Source of the DNA: Callorhinchus milii
Lineage: Eukaryota
NCBI RefSeq assembly: GCF_018977255.1
Contig: NW_024704743.1
Span: 13,828,001-13,892,000, forward strand
Direction: 5' to 3'
Length of the DNA stretch: 64,000 nt
How positions within the stretch are numbered: the first letter of the stretch is position 1; every line of letters begins with the position of its first letter. Of this stretch, positions 1 through 13,404 are shown in pieces. The notes beneath the pieces are model-generated. The model did not search any database and was not told where the DNA came from. It saw only the letters and a program-made list of their open reading frames with translations. Both the position numbers and the translations under genes were made by a program.

Positions 1-282
1 CCTACAAAATATACGATCAATTCACTTTACCATATATTCTTTGAGACATCTCGAAGACGTGATAAGGTGCTATATCAAATGCAAAGATTATTAGTATTAT
101 TTGCTGTCGAATGGTAACAAAGCCAAGAATCGGACTTCATTTGTGCCACTAACCTGATTAGTTTTGGTGGTTTACTTTAGATTGAAGGACGAAAGGACTA
201 AACAAAACCTTTTGATCTTCAATACATTTTCTACCACTCTAGAGGTCCAGATTTTAACAAAAGTATGCCAGGCGGGTGGTAT

Positions 283-528
283 ATTATTTGATGTTCCCAT
301 GGCACTATTTGAAAAGTGATGGAAAGTTTTTCCCAGTTTCCTGGCCAACAATCTCCCAAATAAAATTGGTCATTCACGTCATGGCTATTTGTGGGACATT
401 GATGTGTTCAAATTGGATGCCGTGTTCATCCAAAAAACAGTCACACCACTTTATAGTATATCCTGTGAAGCGCTTTGGGATATCCTCCTGACGGGAAAGG
501 TGCTATACCAAATGCAAGAATTATTATA
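283..528 (+). mobile_element. DeuSINE (SacSINE1-like) 3' part
   Basis: Contains cccatggcactatttgaa...gtgggaca...aaattggatgcc...gaagcgctttggga...aaatgcaag, followed by a (tta) tail. Confidence 0.7.
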
Positions 529-849
529 TTTTACTGTCAGTCTTTCATCACTGTAATGTCAATATCAATGTTCATTGTCCTACCCATTAGCAGTTCAGAA
601 CCATTACACCAGGGATCCAGGAAGGAGTAAGGAGGGGTAGGGGTGTCGGGGTCTGTAGTGAAGATATCCAATGCCCGTACTCAATGTTCCTCTCAACGCC
701 ATTCCTGTCTCCAAAAACAAGCAAATTCCTCAACTTCCTCCACTTAGCCAGATTCCGAGTCTCATTCATAACCTCAGATCCAAGGTTTGAACCTTAATAA
801 GACCAAACCCTTTTATCCCCGTTTTTAACAATGTATAAAAAAAGTAGCT

Positions 850-1330
850 ACTTGGCTCTTGAAGCCCCTTCCATCCCCATACAGCATTTGATAATCTGTG
901 TACACTGTGTACACTTGCCCTGCTCCACTTCAATCGCTTTAATTTGTCTAGCTCTTTTCAAAGATTAAGTCAAAATGATATGGCTTGCTTTTGCTGACTT
1001 TCTTGTCTGAGGGTAGTTCTTTAATTTCTCATCTTCAGTCAGCGATGAGTTGGCACTCTGAATTCCTTTTCCCTCTTGTTAATAAACAGCCTTACAAGTG
1101 CACACATTTTATGTTCCCTGTTCCAATGGGCTTATATTATCCATTGTTAACTTCTCCATTTAATTAATCTGAATCATTTTTAATGGCACCGATCACCCTT
1201 GATCTAGTCAACTGATCATTTTTCTTGGTCTCATCAGTGAATTGCAAAGTGTTATTAGAAATGCTCTCCTTTATATTGTTTATGAACAGTAAACAGCAAG
1301 GGAACCAGAACAGACCCCTGTGAAACTGCA
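850..1330 (-). mobile_element. Old, degraded LINE (CR1-like) RT fragment
   Basis: Minus-strand peptide AVSQGSVLVPLLFTV resembles the LINE RT motif [13 protein letters not shown]. Boundaries are approximate. Confidence 0.4.
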
Positions 1331-1339
1331 CTAGTCACT

Positions 1340-1535
1340 GCCAGACAGAGTGACAGCGAGAGAGAGTGAGAGACAGTGACGGAGAGAGTCTGCAATCTTG
1401 ACAGCAAGAGACCATGACAGCGAGAGACAGTGAAATTCGACAGCAAGAGACAGACAGTGACAGCAAGAGCAAGACTCAGTGATGGACATAGACTGTGAAA
1501 GAAAGTGAGAGACAGCAAGAGAGCAAGAAACAGAA
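1340..1535. repeat. Degenerate purine-rich tandem repeat (gacagc[a/g]agaga-like units)
   Basis: Repeated gacagcaagag / gacagtga units. Confidence 0.7.
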
Positions 1536-2949
1536 CGCGTTTTCCATTCCACATTTTTATGCTTTTGATAACTAAGACTGCTTTCAGTTGAGGTGGCTCA
1601 TGTTTCACTTTAATTTTCAAGTTTATTCTTCTTTTAAAAGCTTCAGAAGAAAACTTCATCAAATGCGTTCTGAAAAAAANCTGAATTCTATTCACTGGAT
1701 GCCTCTAGTTCGCTAACAGTTAGGTTGTTAAAAGGATTCCAGTGCACCAAAGAATTGTGAGAAGATTTTTCCATTTTCTAAGCCTTTGGTTCCATGCTAT
1801 TTCTTCTATTTTCCTTTAATTCCCCCTCTCACTCATTTCCTCACTCCTTGGCAGTTCGTAGCTACCTGTGCATTATGTGACTCCCTCTCTTGCTCCTGGC
1901 AACCTGATTTCACACGTTTTCCCTTTTAGGGCAGGGCTGAGAGAACACAAAACACCATCCAAATACCGAGACACCGGACGTAACCCACAAAATTCTGGAG
2001 CCTCTTAAAAAAANCGCAGTGTCTTGGCAAGTATGAGTAGAGCATTAACACAAAAACGTTTTCAATGCAGCCTCTGTCTGCGCAGAACTTGTTCCACTTC
2101 CTTTAAGTGGTGTGGCTCACAGACATCGTATTGACACACTGCAAGGTTTTGATTTGAGCTGCAGTGGGAGCTGGGCCAGGCCAGGGACAGGTGGTCTACA
2201 GGTGTGGCCACAAATGGCAAAATGTTGCAAAAGTGGCTTCAAAACTTTGCAATTTAAAGAGCAGACCAATAACACAGCAGGGCTACTTCAATCAATCGGA
2301 GAGGTCACCGTTGGCAATATTTGTGTTTCCATTCCCTGTTTACAAGCCACAATATGAATAACCTGAAACCGGAATGCAGTTTTCCACCAGCAGGATTGTT
2401 CTATTGAACAAGGTAATAACACACCTCAGCACAATGTTAATACAGCCTTTGGTACACTGGTCTGTACTTACCACCCCCTGGTCTATCACCTCTATATTAA
2501 CCTATTCACATTATACCATACTAAGTTACCTCATTCTTCTTTCTTAACTGCCTTGAGATAACCATTTTGCCTTAATGCAACAATTTGGGGATGTGAAGTT
2601 TCAAGAGAGGTTTGCAGTTTTAAGAGGGGTTCTCTTCCCCCTCCCCAGTAACTTTGACACAAAACAGTTTGCTTCACAGGAGCTTTTGAAAATTGTTTTT
2701 GTACCAAGGATTGATAAGGAGTGAGAAAGGGAACTAATATTTCCTTCAATGAGCTCAGAGGTAACAACCAAGTGCTGCTTTACCCTGTACCTTGAGTTAA
2801 TTCAGTCTCTAGTATTTAGAAGCTCACACACCCCGTTGTCTTCAATGGGGAGCAGAGATCTTTAAATCAAACTACTATGCATTCATCTACAAAATATTGT
2901 GATAAAAGTATTACATCAAATTCACAGATTAATATTATTATGAAGTCAC

Positions 2950-3180
2950 GGGCTGTCCATCCAATCCAGACCTATCCAATTTAATCCCACTCCCCCGCTC
3001 TCTCCCCATAGCCCTGCAAACTTGTCCTCCCCAAATAACTATCTACTTCCCTCTTAAAAGCTGTTATCGAATCGGCTTCCACCACCCTTTCAGGCAAAGC
3101 ATTCCAGATCCCAATGATTTGCTGTGTGAAAAAAAATGTCCTCACCTCCCCTCCCCTGTTTCTTTAATCAACTATTTTAA
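2950..3180 (-). mobile_element. CR1 LINE 3' fragment
   Basis: ctctccccatagccctgc...ttccaccaccctttcaggca..gcattccaga is a typical reverse-complemented CR1 3' end. Confidence 0.6.
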
Positions 3181-3829
3181 AGTTAAAATGTTAAGCATTT
3201 TGCAGAGAAATCCACCCTTGAAGCAGGATTATAAGTTTGTGTTCCCCCACAACTGACAATGGACATTCCACACAGTTTCTATCAGAACATTTATAGTTGA
3301 TCACATCATGTATTGTGCACCAGTTATTTAATCTCCAAAGTGAACGTTCTGCATAAACACTCCCTTGGCCTAAGGCAGAATCCCAGAATATCTATCCATT
3401 CTCACATCTCCGCTGTCAGGCTTTGCTACAGACCACAGTCCCTGGTTCCTATAATCTTCATATAATTTCCAAACAGATACTGATCCCCTTCTCTTTTTGA
3501 AGGAATTAATCGACCCATCATGAACTGTTTTTCTTAGGAATAGATTCCACATTTTCATCCAATTGGGGAAACATTTCCTCTCATCTCCACGACCCACTTG
3601 ATATTAATTTGAAATATAAACTTTTTTTTCTTTGAAAGTCGATGTAAAATAATCTGTTTGCACGCATATAATCTCTGCCTCTCCAGATGACAAGGAGCCA
3701 CATCTCAGAGCTAAACTCTGGAATTATCCTTGTTGATCTTCTCTGGAATCTCTTCAGTATTTCAACAACCTTGCACGCAGTGGGGTCAAATTTGTCATGT
3801 AAAATTTATGACACAGAATAGGCTGGAGC

Positions 3830-5175
3830 AAGTCTCCCCCCACTATTTCAAACTTACCCTTCCTCACCAAAGTCCTAGAATTCGTTGTTGCCAATCAACT
3901 CTGCGCACATCTCTCTTCCCACTCCATCTTCAAACCCTTCCAGTCCGGTTTCCGCCCTGTCCACAGTACAGAGACTGTGCGCGTGAAAGTTTCAAACGAC
4001 ATCCCCTCTATCTGTGACCAGGGCTCCCTCTGCCTCCTTGTCCTCTTGGACCTCTCCGCTGCTTTCAACAGTCGATCACGCCATCCTACTCCACCCCCTT
4101 TCCTCCGTCATCCACCTCAGTGGGACTGCACTCACCTGGTTCGAGTCCTACTTCACAAACCACCAGCAGTACATCTGCACAAATGGCTTTTTCCCCTGTT
4201 CTCACCCAGTTACCTGCGGGTACCCCAAGAATCCATCCTTGGCCCCATCCTCTTCCTAATCTATATGCTCCCTCTTGGGGATGTCATCCGCAGACATGGG
4301 GTACACTTTCACATGTATGCGGACGGCACCCAACTCTATTTTTCCACCTCACTTTGCGACCCCCAGTCCCCTGATGTTCTGTCAGCCTGCCTGTCAGACA
4401 TCAGGAGCTGGATGAGCGTGAATTTCCTTCAACTAAATGTTGACAAGACGGAAGCCATACTCTTGGGCTCTCATCAATGTCTTAAATCGCATGGTTCTCA
4501 CCTCCTCCACCTACCCGACATGCCCCTAAAACTCTCCGAACCCGTACGCAACCTAGGCATCAGGTTCGACCCCCAATTATCCTTCCTCCCCCACATCCGG
4601 TCCTTCACCAGCACCACTTTCTTCCACCTCCGACGCATCGCCCATCTCTGTCAATATCTCACCCCAAAAGCCTCCGAAACCCTGGTCCATGCCTTTGTCA
4701 CCTCTCAGCTGGACTATTCAAGTGCCCTCCTCGTCGGTCTCCCCTCCACTGCCACCCATAAAATCCAGGTCATCCAGAATTCTGCCGCCCGCATTCTTAC
4801 CCGCACCAAACCCCGCTCCCCGATTACCCCAGTCCTTGCCAAACGCACTGGCTGCCTGTCCCTGAGAGGATCGATTTCAAGATCCTCACTCGTTTTCAAA
4901 TCCCTCCACTCCTCTGTACCCCCCTACCTCTCTGACCTCCTCTCTCCTCAAAAAAGTGCCCGTTGCCTTCGCTCCACCAGGTCTGGCCTCCTCTTTGTCC
5001 CCCTGAATCCTCCGCTCCACTATCAGCCACTATGCCCCGAGGCTCTGGAACTCCCTTCCTCACTCCCTTCACCTCGCCCCTCTCTTCCTGCCTTCCTGTC
5101 TCGGCTAAAGACCTTTCTTTTTGACCGCACCTTTGGTCACCTTCTTCCCCCTCCCCCTGCTCGGCCCCGGGATCC
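3830..5175 (+). mobile_element. L2 LINE ORF2 (RT and C-terminus) fragment, degenerate
   Basis: Motifs [47 protein letters not shown]; frameshifted. Confidence 0.92.
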
Positions 5176-5207
5176 GTTACTTCACTTCACTTCACGTTAT
5201 CCGCTTC

Positions 5208-5358
5208 ACTCCAGTGAAGCAGAACTGAAAATTGGCTCCAGGGTCAAAATTGACATTGTTGACAAAGATAACCAAATGGCTTCAATCCATTTGGTTATCT
5301 TTGTCAACAATGTCAATTTTGACCCTGGAGCCAATTTTCAGTTCTGTTTCACTGGAGT
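5208..5358. repeat. 72-bp near-perfect inverted repeat with a 7-nt loop
   Basis: 5208-5279 pairs with 5287-5358; one mismatch, which is a G-T wobble on the + strand. Confidence 0.95.
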
Positions 5359-6219
5359 TTGCTTGTGTTGAATTGGTATCCTATTTTTTGAAGCACTAAA
5401 AACACTGAGCTCTATGATCAAGTGCAGAAATGGAGCAGAAAAGTCTACAGTCCAAACCATTGTACTGAAGTCGGGTTTAACAATGAATGGAAAACTGTGA
5501 CACTACATAAAAGATTCACTGACACATACATTTTTAGTGAAATCAGTTACCAAAGATCACTCCCCACCTCCCACTAAAGTTTATTGCAGTTAAAGTAACT
5601 GCTGCCAATTCTAGCTTCAGGATATTTAGAAACATGCACTGAAATAAGAGAAAAACATTTCAGAGGAAGCTTGGGTTCCAAACTGTTCTGAGAGACAGAA
5701 TCATTTTTGTTTATGATGAATTTAATGATGTGCATTTTTTTGATATCTAAGCAGCTCAAATTTGCAGAGTTACAAACCCCATTTAGAGGGCATTAGAATT
5801 CAAACTGGAGGTGTGGACTTGCTCACTGCAAGACCGAACGGCATCTAATAATGAGGGCTCATTAGCCTCGACCCAAAAACTGCACACTGCACATTGTGTG
5901 TGTCATGAGACATTACGTCAGCAACTGAAGTCTCTCCATTGTGAATTCAGCTCATTGTGAGGCAGACGACAGCTCCATGTGAGAACCACTCATGACAGCT
6001 TCATGCTTCTGAAGCTGTGACAATTTCAAACTCTAAATTAAATGTATTATTACTATATTATAGTGATGCTTTGTGTGTGATCAATGTTATAGTGCTGTAT
6101 TGTACGCAATCCATTTTAAAGTGCTGTTACGTCTATCATCAGTGTTATAGTGTTGTATTGTATATGATCAGTGTTTTTGTGCTGTTTATTGGCTGTTCTA
6201 GTTTTAGTATCCCTGGTAA

Positions 6220-8220
6220 TATAACAACAATTTACATTTATATAGCACCTTTCACATCCAAATGATTAGTTAAAGTGCTTCACACAGTTGACTGTGAGCC
6301 AGAGCTTGGGGTGCCTGGGGCTGAACAACAACAACAACAAGATTCCATTTATAGAGCGCCTTTCACGTCGGGAGGACGTCCCAAGGCGCTGGACAGTTGG
6401 GTCAGGACCCGAGCAGGGGGGAAATGGTCAGGGTGAGGGGAGGGAAGGGAGGGAGCGAGGAGGGGGTAGAGAGTCGAGAGGGGAGCTGAAGGTACGGTCA
6501 AAGAGAATAAGGGGAAGGTGACGGAAAGCACGGTTGAAAAGAAAGGTCTTAACAACAACTACAACATCAGATTGCATTTATACAGCACCTTTCACATCGG
6601 CAGGACATCCAAGGTACTGGACAGTCGAGGATTTGCATTCGAGTTCGGGGCTGGATTCAAGAGGGATGGGGAACCAAGGTTGTGGGGGCAGAGAGAAAGA
6701 TGATTGAAAGCACAGTCAAAGAGGAAGGTCTTGAGATGGACCTTTAAGGAGGCAAGGGAGGGGGCAAGGTGAAGGAACTCTGGAATGGAGTTCCAGAGAA
6801 TGGGAGCAAATAGGCTGAAAGCCTGATCGCTGATGGTACACAGGGCTAAGGATGTGAAGCAGTCCAGTGCCTGCCGAGCAGGGGAGCGGGCGGTTGGTAT
6901 GATTTTAGAAGGTCACAGAGGTAGGGTGGAGCAAGACTAAGAAGGTATTTAAAAGTGAGCACAAGGATCTTGAACTGAGTCCCCTGAGGAATGGGAGCCA
7001 ATGGAGTCTGGCGTGGATGTGGCTGACAGGTTCAAAAGCCTAGTGTAGGAAAAGATGGGCTTTAAAGATGTGGGGGATGGGACAAGGCAGAGGGACTCCA
7101 GGATGGAGTTCTAGACAGTGGGATAGAAAGCTCACCCACTAATAATGGGGTGGATTGACCAGGGGACATGAAGCAGGCTTATCATAATAATAATCCTTGC
7201 ATTTGATATAGCACGATATTATGTTGTTGAGAGGTCTCAAAGCACTTCACAGAATATACTGTAAAGTGAATTGACTGTATATTTTGTGGGTGAAACACAG
7301 CAGCCAATTGCACACAGCAGTGTCCCTCCCACAAACGGCAGTAGATTGAGTGACCAAAAATGCTTTTTTTTGAAGGGATTATTACTCCTGGAAAGCGATT
7401 TGGCAATAGACTAACAACCAGGTTCCTACTTATTGCTAGATAAACAGAAGCATGTGGCGTAAGGAAACTTGCCTAAGGTTACACCCTGTCCAGGAATCAA
7501 ACCCAGGTCCTCTCGCTTGTAAGGCGAGTGCATTAATCAATACGTGACAAGACTCCACCAGAGGCTTGTGTTCACTGAGTGACAAGAGCCGCTGTGTCAG
7601 TAGGGTTGCAGGAGATCACAGAGGTAGGGTGAGCCGAGGTGAGGCTGTGGAGGGGTTTGATTCTGAATTCAATTAAATCAATAGAAAGCCAGTGGAGCTG
7701 AGCAAAGATGGAGGTGATAGGCTTGCAGAGGCAGGAGCTAGAGAGCACAAGGGCTGCTGAGTTCTGGATGGTCTGCAGCTTGTGTAAGGAAGAGCTGGTG
7801 AGTCAGGTGAGCAGGATGTTTGAATAGTTAAGCGATTGTGAATGAGGACTTAGAAGCCCAGGGAGAAAGGTAGAACAGAGGTGGGTGATGATGCAGAGGT
7901 TAATAATAATAATCCTTGCATTTGATATAGTGCTTGATCACATCGTCAAGATGTCTCAAAGCACTTCACAGGATACAGTGTAAAGTGGATCGACTGTGTA
8001 TTTTGTTGGCGAATGGGAAAGCTGAGCGAGTGAGAGCTCGGATGTAGGGCTAAAGGCAGTTGAGGGACAAACAGGAAATAGGTCCGGGACCTGCTCCATG
8101 AGACAGAGTGAGTATCCGTGCAGATCAATGCCATCCAAAGGCACTGACGGGAGCCAAACAAGAGAGCCTCAGACTTGCTGATGTTAAGCTGAAGAAAGTT
8201 AGAACTCATCCAGGCCTTTC
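6220..8220 (-). mobile_element. Cluster of nested L2 3' fragments (tails near 6225, 6325, 6550) interrupted by SINEs
   Basis: Repeated (aac)n tails followed by catttata..gc[g/a]cctttcac. ORF2 remnant MSSNFLQLNISKSEALLFGSRQ at 7946..8209. Confidence 0.8.
7184..7557 (-). mobile_element. tRNA-headed SINE (long form) inserted in L2
   Basis: Reverse-complement tRNA-like head, central gtttatctagcaataagtaggaacc block, Deu-like 3' block and (tta)n tail. Confidence 0.85.
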
Positions 8221-9445
8221 TGCCTGAGTTCTAGTGTTACATTCATGTTGATATGACAGTAAAAACTGCAGTAAAATGTAAGTCTGGCCCCCACCCCATC
8301 CGGTACAATCCCTCTCTTAACTGTTCCAATTGGAGTGAGGACTTCCTGGCTTGGCTTGGCTGCTGTATTGGGTTGCAGTGATTTCTGGGCATTTACCCAG
8401 AGCAGTGGAAAAAGATGAGGGCTGGAGAGAGGGGCTGTTGAACAACACCAAGACTCAGCCTATTTCTGGGCATTGCTTATGTCTGGCAGGCGGGTTCTCA
8501 CTGAGAAGAGAAAATCAACAAAGGTTGCTGCCATGCAGCTCCATGTGGCAAGCATGAGGAAACCGCAAGAGACGAATGGGGGTAAAATATAAATCAATTG
8601 AAAAAATGCAGTTATATTGAGTGCAGAAATCGCCGTCGCCCCTGAAGAAGTTAAATTGGGAACACACGTGGGGTCTGGAAGAAAATCTCTAATTTCCTGC
8701 TAGCAGGGAGAGCAGTTGCTCGTGGATTTTAAACTATGTAGATCTTACAGGATAGACTCTACATCAGAGCCGTGCCAAGATCAGCACTAAAAACAGCGCA
8801 AGTTAACCCTTCATCCCCAAGATTATTCTGTTTCATATTCCAACGGCCTGTGCTCTGAATGGCATTTCTTTTGATTCTGGGCGCCGGCTTCGGGAATTTG
8901 CTCCAAATGAGACTGCAATGTTATTGTGGGACTCACTTAAGATCCATCTCTTTGACCAAGTCTATGTTTACCTGCCCCTCTTCCTTTGCTTGGTGTCCAA
9001 CCCCACCACTGTGCAGTGCTCCGAGACTCTATCCTGCGTGAAGGGCACTGTATAAGTGCAACTTGTTGTTTTCAAAGTGAAGACGACAAAAGCAGCAAAG
9101 CCTCTAACATTACACACCAAAGTAGCCACCTTCCCAGAGATTGTGATCCTTTCATACACTATATAACCTATGTGAAGGATGTAGTAGTTGGATACTCAAA
9201 ATCTAAACCCTAACACAATAAAAAGACACCTGGCACATAAGTAAAGTACAGAACGTGCCCGGCCTTTATAGTGAATGTGAAGCAAATAGTGATATCCTGA
9301 TAGCCCTGACACAGAAATACACACAAACTCATGATTATGTATCATGGTCCAACTTTTAACAAGCGCAGCTTCTGGAAGCTAATTTGCAAAGAAAAATACC
9401 TGCCACAGTCACACTGCGAGAGGACATGGTGGGCACTAGACTGAC

Positions 9446-9603
9446 CTTGACAATGACGAAGTAGCGCTCACATCTCTCCTTTTTGGATGAAAGCTCGATC
9501 TTCTCGGTGACCTGGCTGACTGGCTCACTGGCAGAGATGTAAACCCTGGACTGCAGGCCTCTCTCCTTCTTCACCGTGTCTGCCGTCAGATTGTAAATCA
9601 ACT
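9446..9603 (-). CDS. ITGA9: ITGA9 exon ~15 (158 nt): (E)LIYNLTADTVKKERGLQSRVYISASEPVSQVTEKIELSSKKERCERYFVIVK
   Basis: Acceptor ttggcag|AG and donor AAG|gtcagt; thigh domain, aligns with recalled human LNYVLMADVAKKEKGQMPRVYF...QVTEKL. Confidence 0.92.
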
Positions 9604-9714
9604 CTGCCAAGGAAGGATTTGTGCATTAATGGGCTTGGTGCAGTTTGAGGTGTCCAGTATATCGATGCTGATTTGATTACACCAGCGCACATGGGTAATG
9701 GCATCACACAAGAA

Positions 9715-9990
9715 TCATCACTGCTGTGCGCAATTGGCTGCCGCGTTTCGCCCACAAAATATACAGTCAATTCAGCTTTTTACAGTACAATCTGTGAAGC
9801 GCTTTGAGACGTCTCGAAGACATGATAAGGAGTTATATAAATGCAAGGATTATTATTATTATCAGATTTAATTTGCTCAATAGTTAATAATCCTTGCATT
9901 TGATATAGCGCCTTATCAAGCCATCAAGACGTCTCAAAAGTTCACAAGTTTTTACGGTGATGTGTAATGACTTTGTATTTGCAGGGGATC
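9715..9990. mobile_element. Two SINE 3' fragments, tail-to-tail (+ ~9715-9860; - ~9885-9990)
   Basis: ctgtgcgcaattggctgccgcg...aaatgcaaggattattattatt, then the reverse complement of the tail. Confidence 0.8.
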
Positions 9991-11811
9991 CTCAAACACT
10001 CACATTGTTTCTGAGGCACATTTTCTTTCCCTCGAACTTTAATCTTTCAGAAATCACTGACCTCAGGCTAACTGTTCACCTCTTTTGTTGCTGTCACAAA
10101 TGAAACCCCATGATCTCATACATACCAGAGCAGAGATTATTTTTCCAAAGTGAGCTATAACTAGCTCCAAAAGAAGAACATAAAACTTTGCTAACAAGCA
10201 AACTCTTGTGAATTAATGTTTTCGTAGAGGTAGCTTTGGCATGAGGAAGTGAAACACAGTCTCCTCTCACATTAAATCCCAAGGTTGGAAAATGCAGTTA
10301 CACTGACTGTTGCACAATCAAACTCCACTGCGGAGTGTCAGGGGTCTTGAAGGAAACAGACATGTAGCAATTTTAACAATTCACAGGTTGTGAACCAATC
10401 CAACCCTTCAGTATGACAGCAACTATGTTTGAAGAAGCAGAAGAGCAAACTTCTCAAAACCGAATCTGAAACTGAGACTGGATGTTAACAGTGGACGCAG
10501 AACTGTACTCGCTAATTGAGGTAGCAGACCAGTTCTGGTACGTTTCTCAATCATACTTCTATTTAATATAGGGTCTCATCATACTGGCATGGCTCTACCT
10601 GCTTTACACGGTGAATACCTTTTACATGTAATGATTGCTGTCATGTTGGCCAATGCGACAGCTATTCTGTGCCAGAGACATTTTTGCAACACAATGAGAT
10701 GAATGCAATTTTTAAAAATCTTATACTTCATCCCTCATGTTGACCTATTTGTCCTGAATTTTTCAGTGCAGTAGAGTAAAGCATAGACAATGAATCATTA
10801 CTGCTAAAGCGTTCCTTTCTGATTCAGAGATTCTATAAGTTTTATTGCAATGAGATCAGAAACAAATTGGCTGATAAGAGCAGGTGTGTGGCCAGGCCAC
10901 TGATAGAGATCTGCCTGTGTCTGGCTGATTATCCAAGTCCCGATAGATCTCTGTTCTGTCTTTCTTTGGACATTACCATCTCCACCTGGTTCCTCAGACT
11001 TGTGATGTATTGACACAACCCAGCTTTATTTTTAGACTGATGAGAAGCAGACAGTGTACATTTCTGCTGACATCAGATTCTCTCTTGTGTTTCAAGTGAT
11101 TTCCTCTTGCTAATGATTTTGAGATGGACTTGATGAAGCAGCATCTCCCATGAAAGCAATTGGAACCCGTGTTAAATAAGATGGTAACAATTTACCAACA
11201 CTTTGTAAAAGCAAGTGCGGTTAGAATCGTCCAAGTTTAGCATTATATAACCAAATTAAAACGATTTGGTTGATCTTAGCCTCAACCCTTGGAGCATGCA
11301 TTTGGCGAGATGAATGAGACATTCAGAACAAAAACAGCCTTGCAGCTATACCCAGATGGATTACTTTTTGCAAGCAGAGTTCAGTTGAATTGGCGCCAGT
11401 TTTCAAACAAGTGTACTATTTGCATTTTATTGGTTGTTAAAGGAGGGGTATTCATTTACTGTAACAAATTTTTCTTTGTGAACTTGAAATCAGATTTCCC
11501 ATTATAAACACAATCTAAAGTTTAGCTTGTAAACAGGGTCTGATAATCACAGAGAGAATTTAACTTATATACTACCAAACAGGAAAAGGAGTGGAATGAG
11601 GAATGTGGTCACAAATGTCATATGTTTCTATGTTTCTAGCCCTGGCCTAATATATTGAGGCAGAAACAGTGTCTCACAGCAGGAGATATCATTTCTACGC
11701 ATATTCTTGGCATTATACATGTAGGGTAGAATAGTTAACACCAAAAGTAGTCTCAACACCAAAAGTAACCTCCAAATTGACCATTTATCAAAGCCAAATT
11801 TGCAACTTAAA

Positions 11812-12650
11812 TACAGTAAACCTCATATAAGCCATATCAGTTGGAACTATACATTTAATATGACTTATGCAAAATATGAGCTATGTGAAACTTGATTAAG
11901 TCATATCATATATGACTTATGTAAAGTTATGCATAAGTCGGATTTTATATGACTTACACATGACAATTGCACAAGTACTGAACTGGCTGGTGATATTAAG
12001 TCAAGGTTTCTGGACCATGTGTAACCCATGTACTATATGTAACCCACAGAACAATGAATGGCACAATCAGACAGGTTTCAAAACAGAACAGTTTCAATAC
12101 AATTTAAACTCTGGTCAAAACCTTGCCTTCCATACTTGTTCACTGTTGTTCTGTACCGCGCAAGCGGTTCTTCGGCCTTGCAGCCAGTAGGTGTGCATGA
12201 CAGGTCGGGACTTGGGTTCCCAAAATTATTTCACATGAAGCACTGCATTTGCTGCATAAAGCCGGTAAATGCACATGCAGTGCAGGGTCCCCTTCGCTCT
12301 CCTGGCATTCCCTGCCCCCTCGCTCACCACATGATCAGGTGATGTTCTTTCCTCTCTCAGCTCCCCCTCCCCCGCTCTGTGTATGATGACGTTGATGTTA
12401 CGCCCCTGGGAGGGAGGCTGCAGAGAGTGTTGGGGTGTGCATGTGCAGTGTTCCATTTGTAACAGGCACAGGAAAGTTTTGACTGACAAATGTGTTAGCG
12501 GCATTACGAGTTGCGCGATTGTTAATATGACTTGTGCAGCTAAATTTACGTGTTGTTAATAGGAAATTCAATGGGACTTTTTTCCTTCATTAATCAAAAA
12601 TTACACAAAGAACAATAATTAACTATAAGATCCGGTTTGGACATATCATT
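11812..12650. mobile_element. Possible non-autonomous pogo/Tigger-like DNA transposon relic
   Basis: Starts ta|cagtaaacctcatataag with internal gacttatg repeats, reminiscent of Tigger-type ends. The opposite TIR was not confirmed. Confidence 0.3.
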
Positions 12651-13404
12651 TTAATGTACTTTCTGAAATATTTGCTTTCGAAAAATAAGCGCAGTCAAAG
12701 TTACTGAAGAAAGTGACTGGAAAGAGTCATTTTATAAAGTCCAATTTATATTGATCCATGAAAATTGTGATCTTATCTGTCAATTAATCTATGTTAAAAC
12801 AGGTCTGTGCTGGTGCTGGTGATTTTCCCACCAAGTCTGTGCTGGTGTTTTCCCCTACATTAGCCACTTAATTTATCTTCTCTTCACTGCTGAAATATAG
12901 TGACCTTTTCACTACACCATCCTCGCATAAAGCTGCAGACACATAATCACTGTATTTTAATGGTCAAAGTAGGAGTGGCCCCAATGTTAACTCAAGTTAC
13001 CGCACACTGTAGTGCGCAACAACTTCTCCCAGTTATGAACTCAGGACTCAACTTTGCAAATAACAAAATTGACCCAAATAATGAACACATATTAAAAAGA
13101 TACTGGATTCTATCATTAATCTACAGTCATTTTATTTTGAAAAAGGGGTATCACAGGTGACTTTCCCTTTAAATCAAAAATTGTACAACATTGTGCAGAT
13201 TTCCCAAACACGCTAGGGATCTCCACGTTTTTCATAATTCTGATTTGATCAGATTTAACGTTCTTAATTCAAACCTTTCAATTAGTACCAATTAGCGAGG
13301 CAACTGTGGTTCATCTGTAATTACAAACAAATCCTCCTGGTAATGCATCATTTGCTTCTGCAAGATTTGGAAGCCCTCGTTGGAAATACAATACAAAAAA
13401 TACT

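Noticed and set aside
1680..2014. Two N bases after poly-A runs
   Set aside because: Sequencing ambiguity at homopolymers; no biological meaning.
3977..5371. 464-aa ORF, the longest in the window
   Set aside because: It is a frameshift mosaic of L2 ORF2 that reads through into the hairpin; the catalytic YADD is mutated to YADG. Not a host gene.
1..9445. ITGA9 exon 16 (RRVQDVISPIVFE-like)
   Set aside because: I found no matching peptide by eye. A donor-like site near 2470 has no open upstream frame. The exon probably lies beyond the window; tblastn would confirm.
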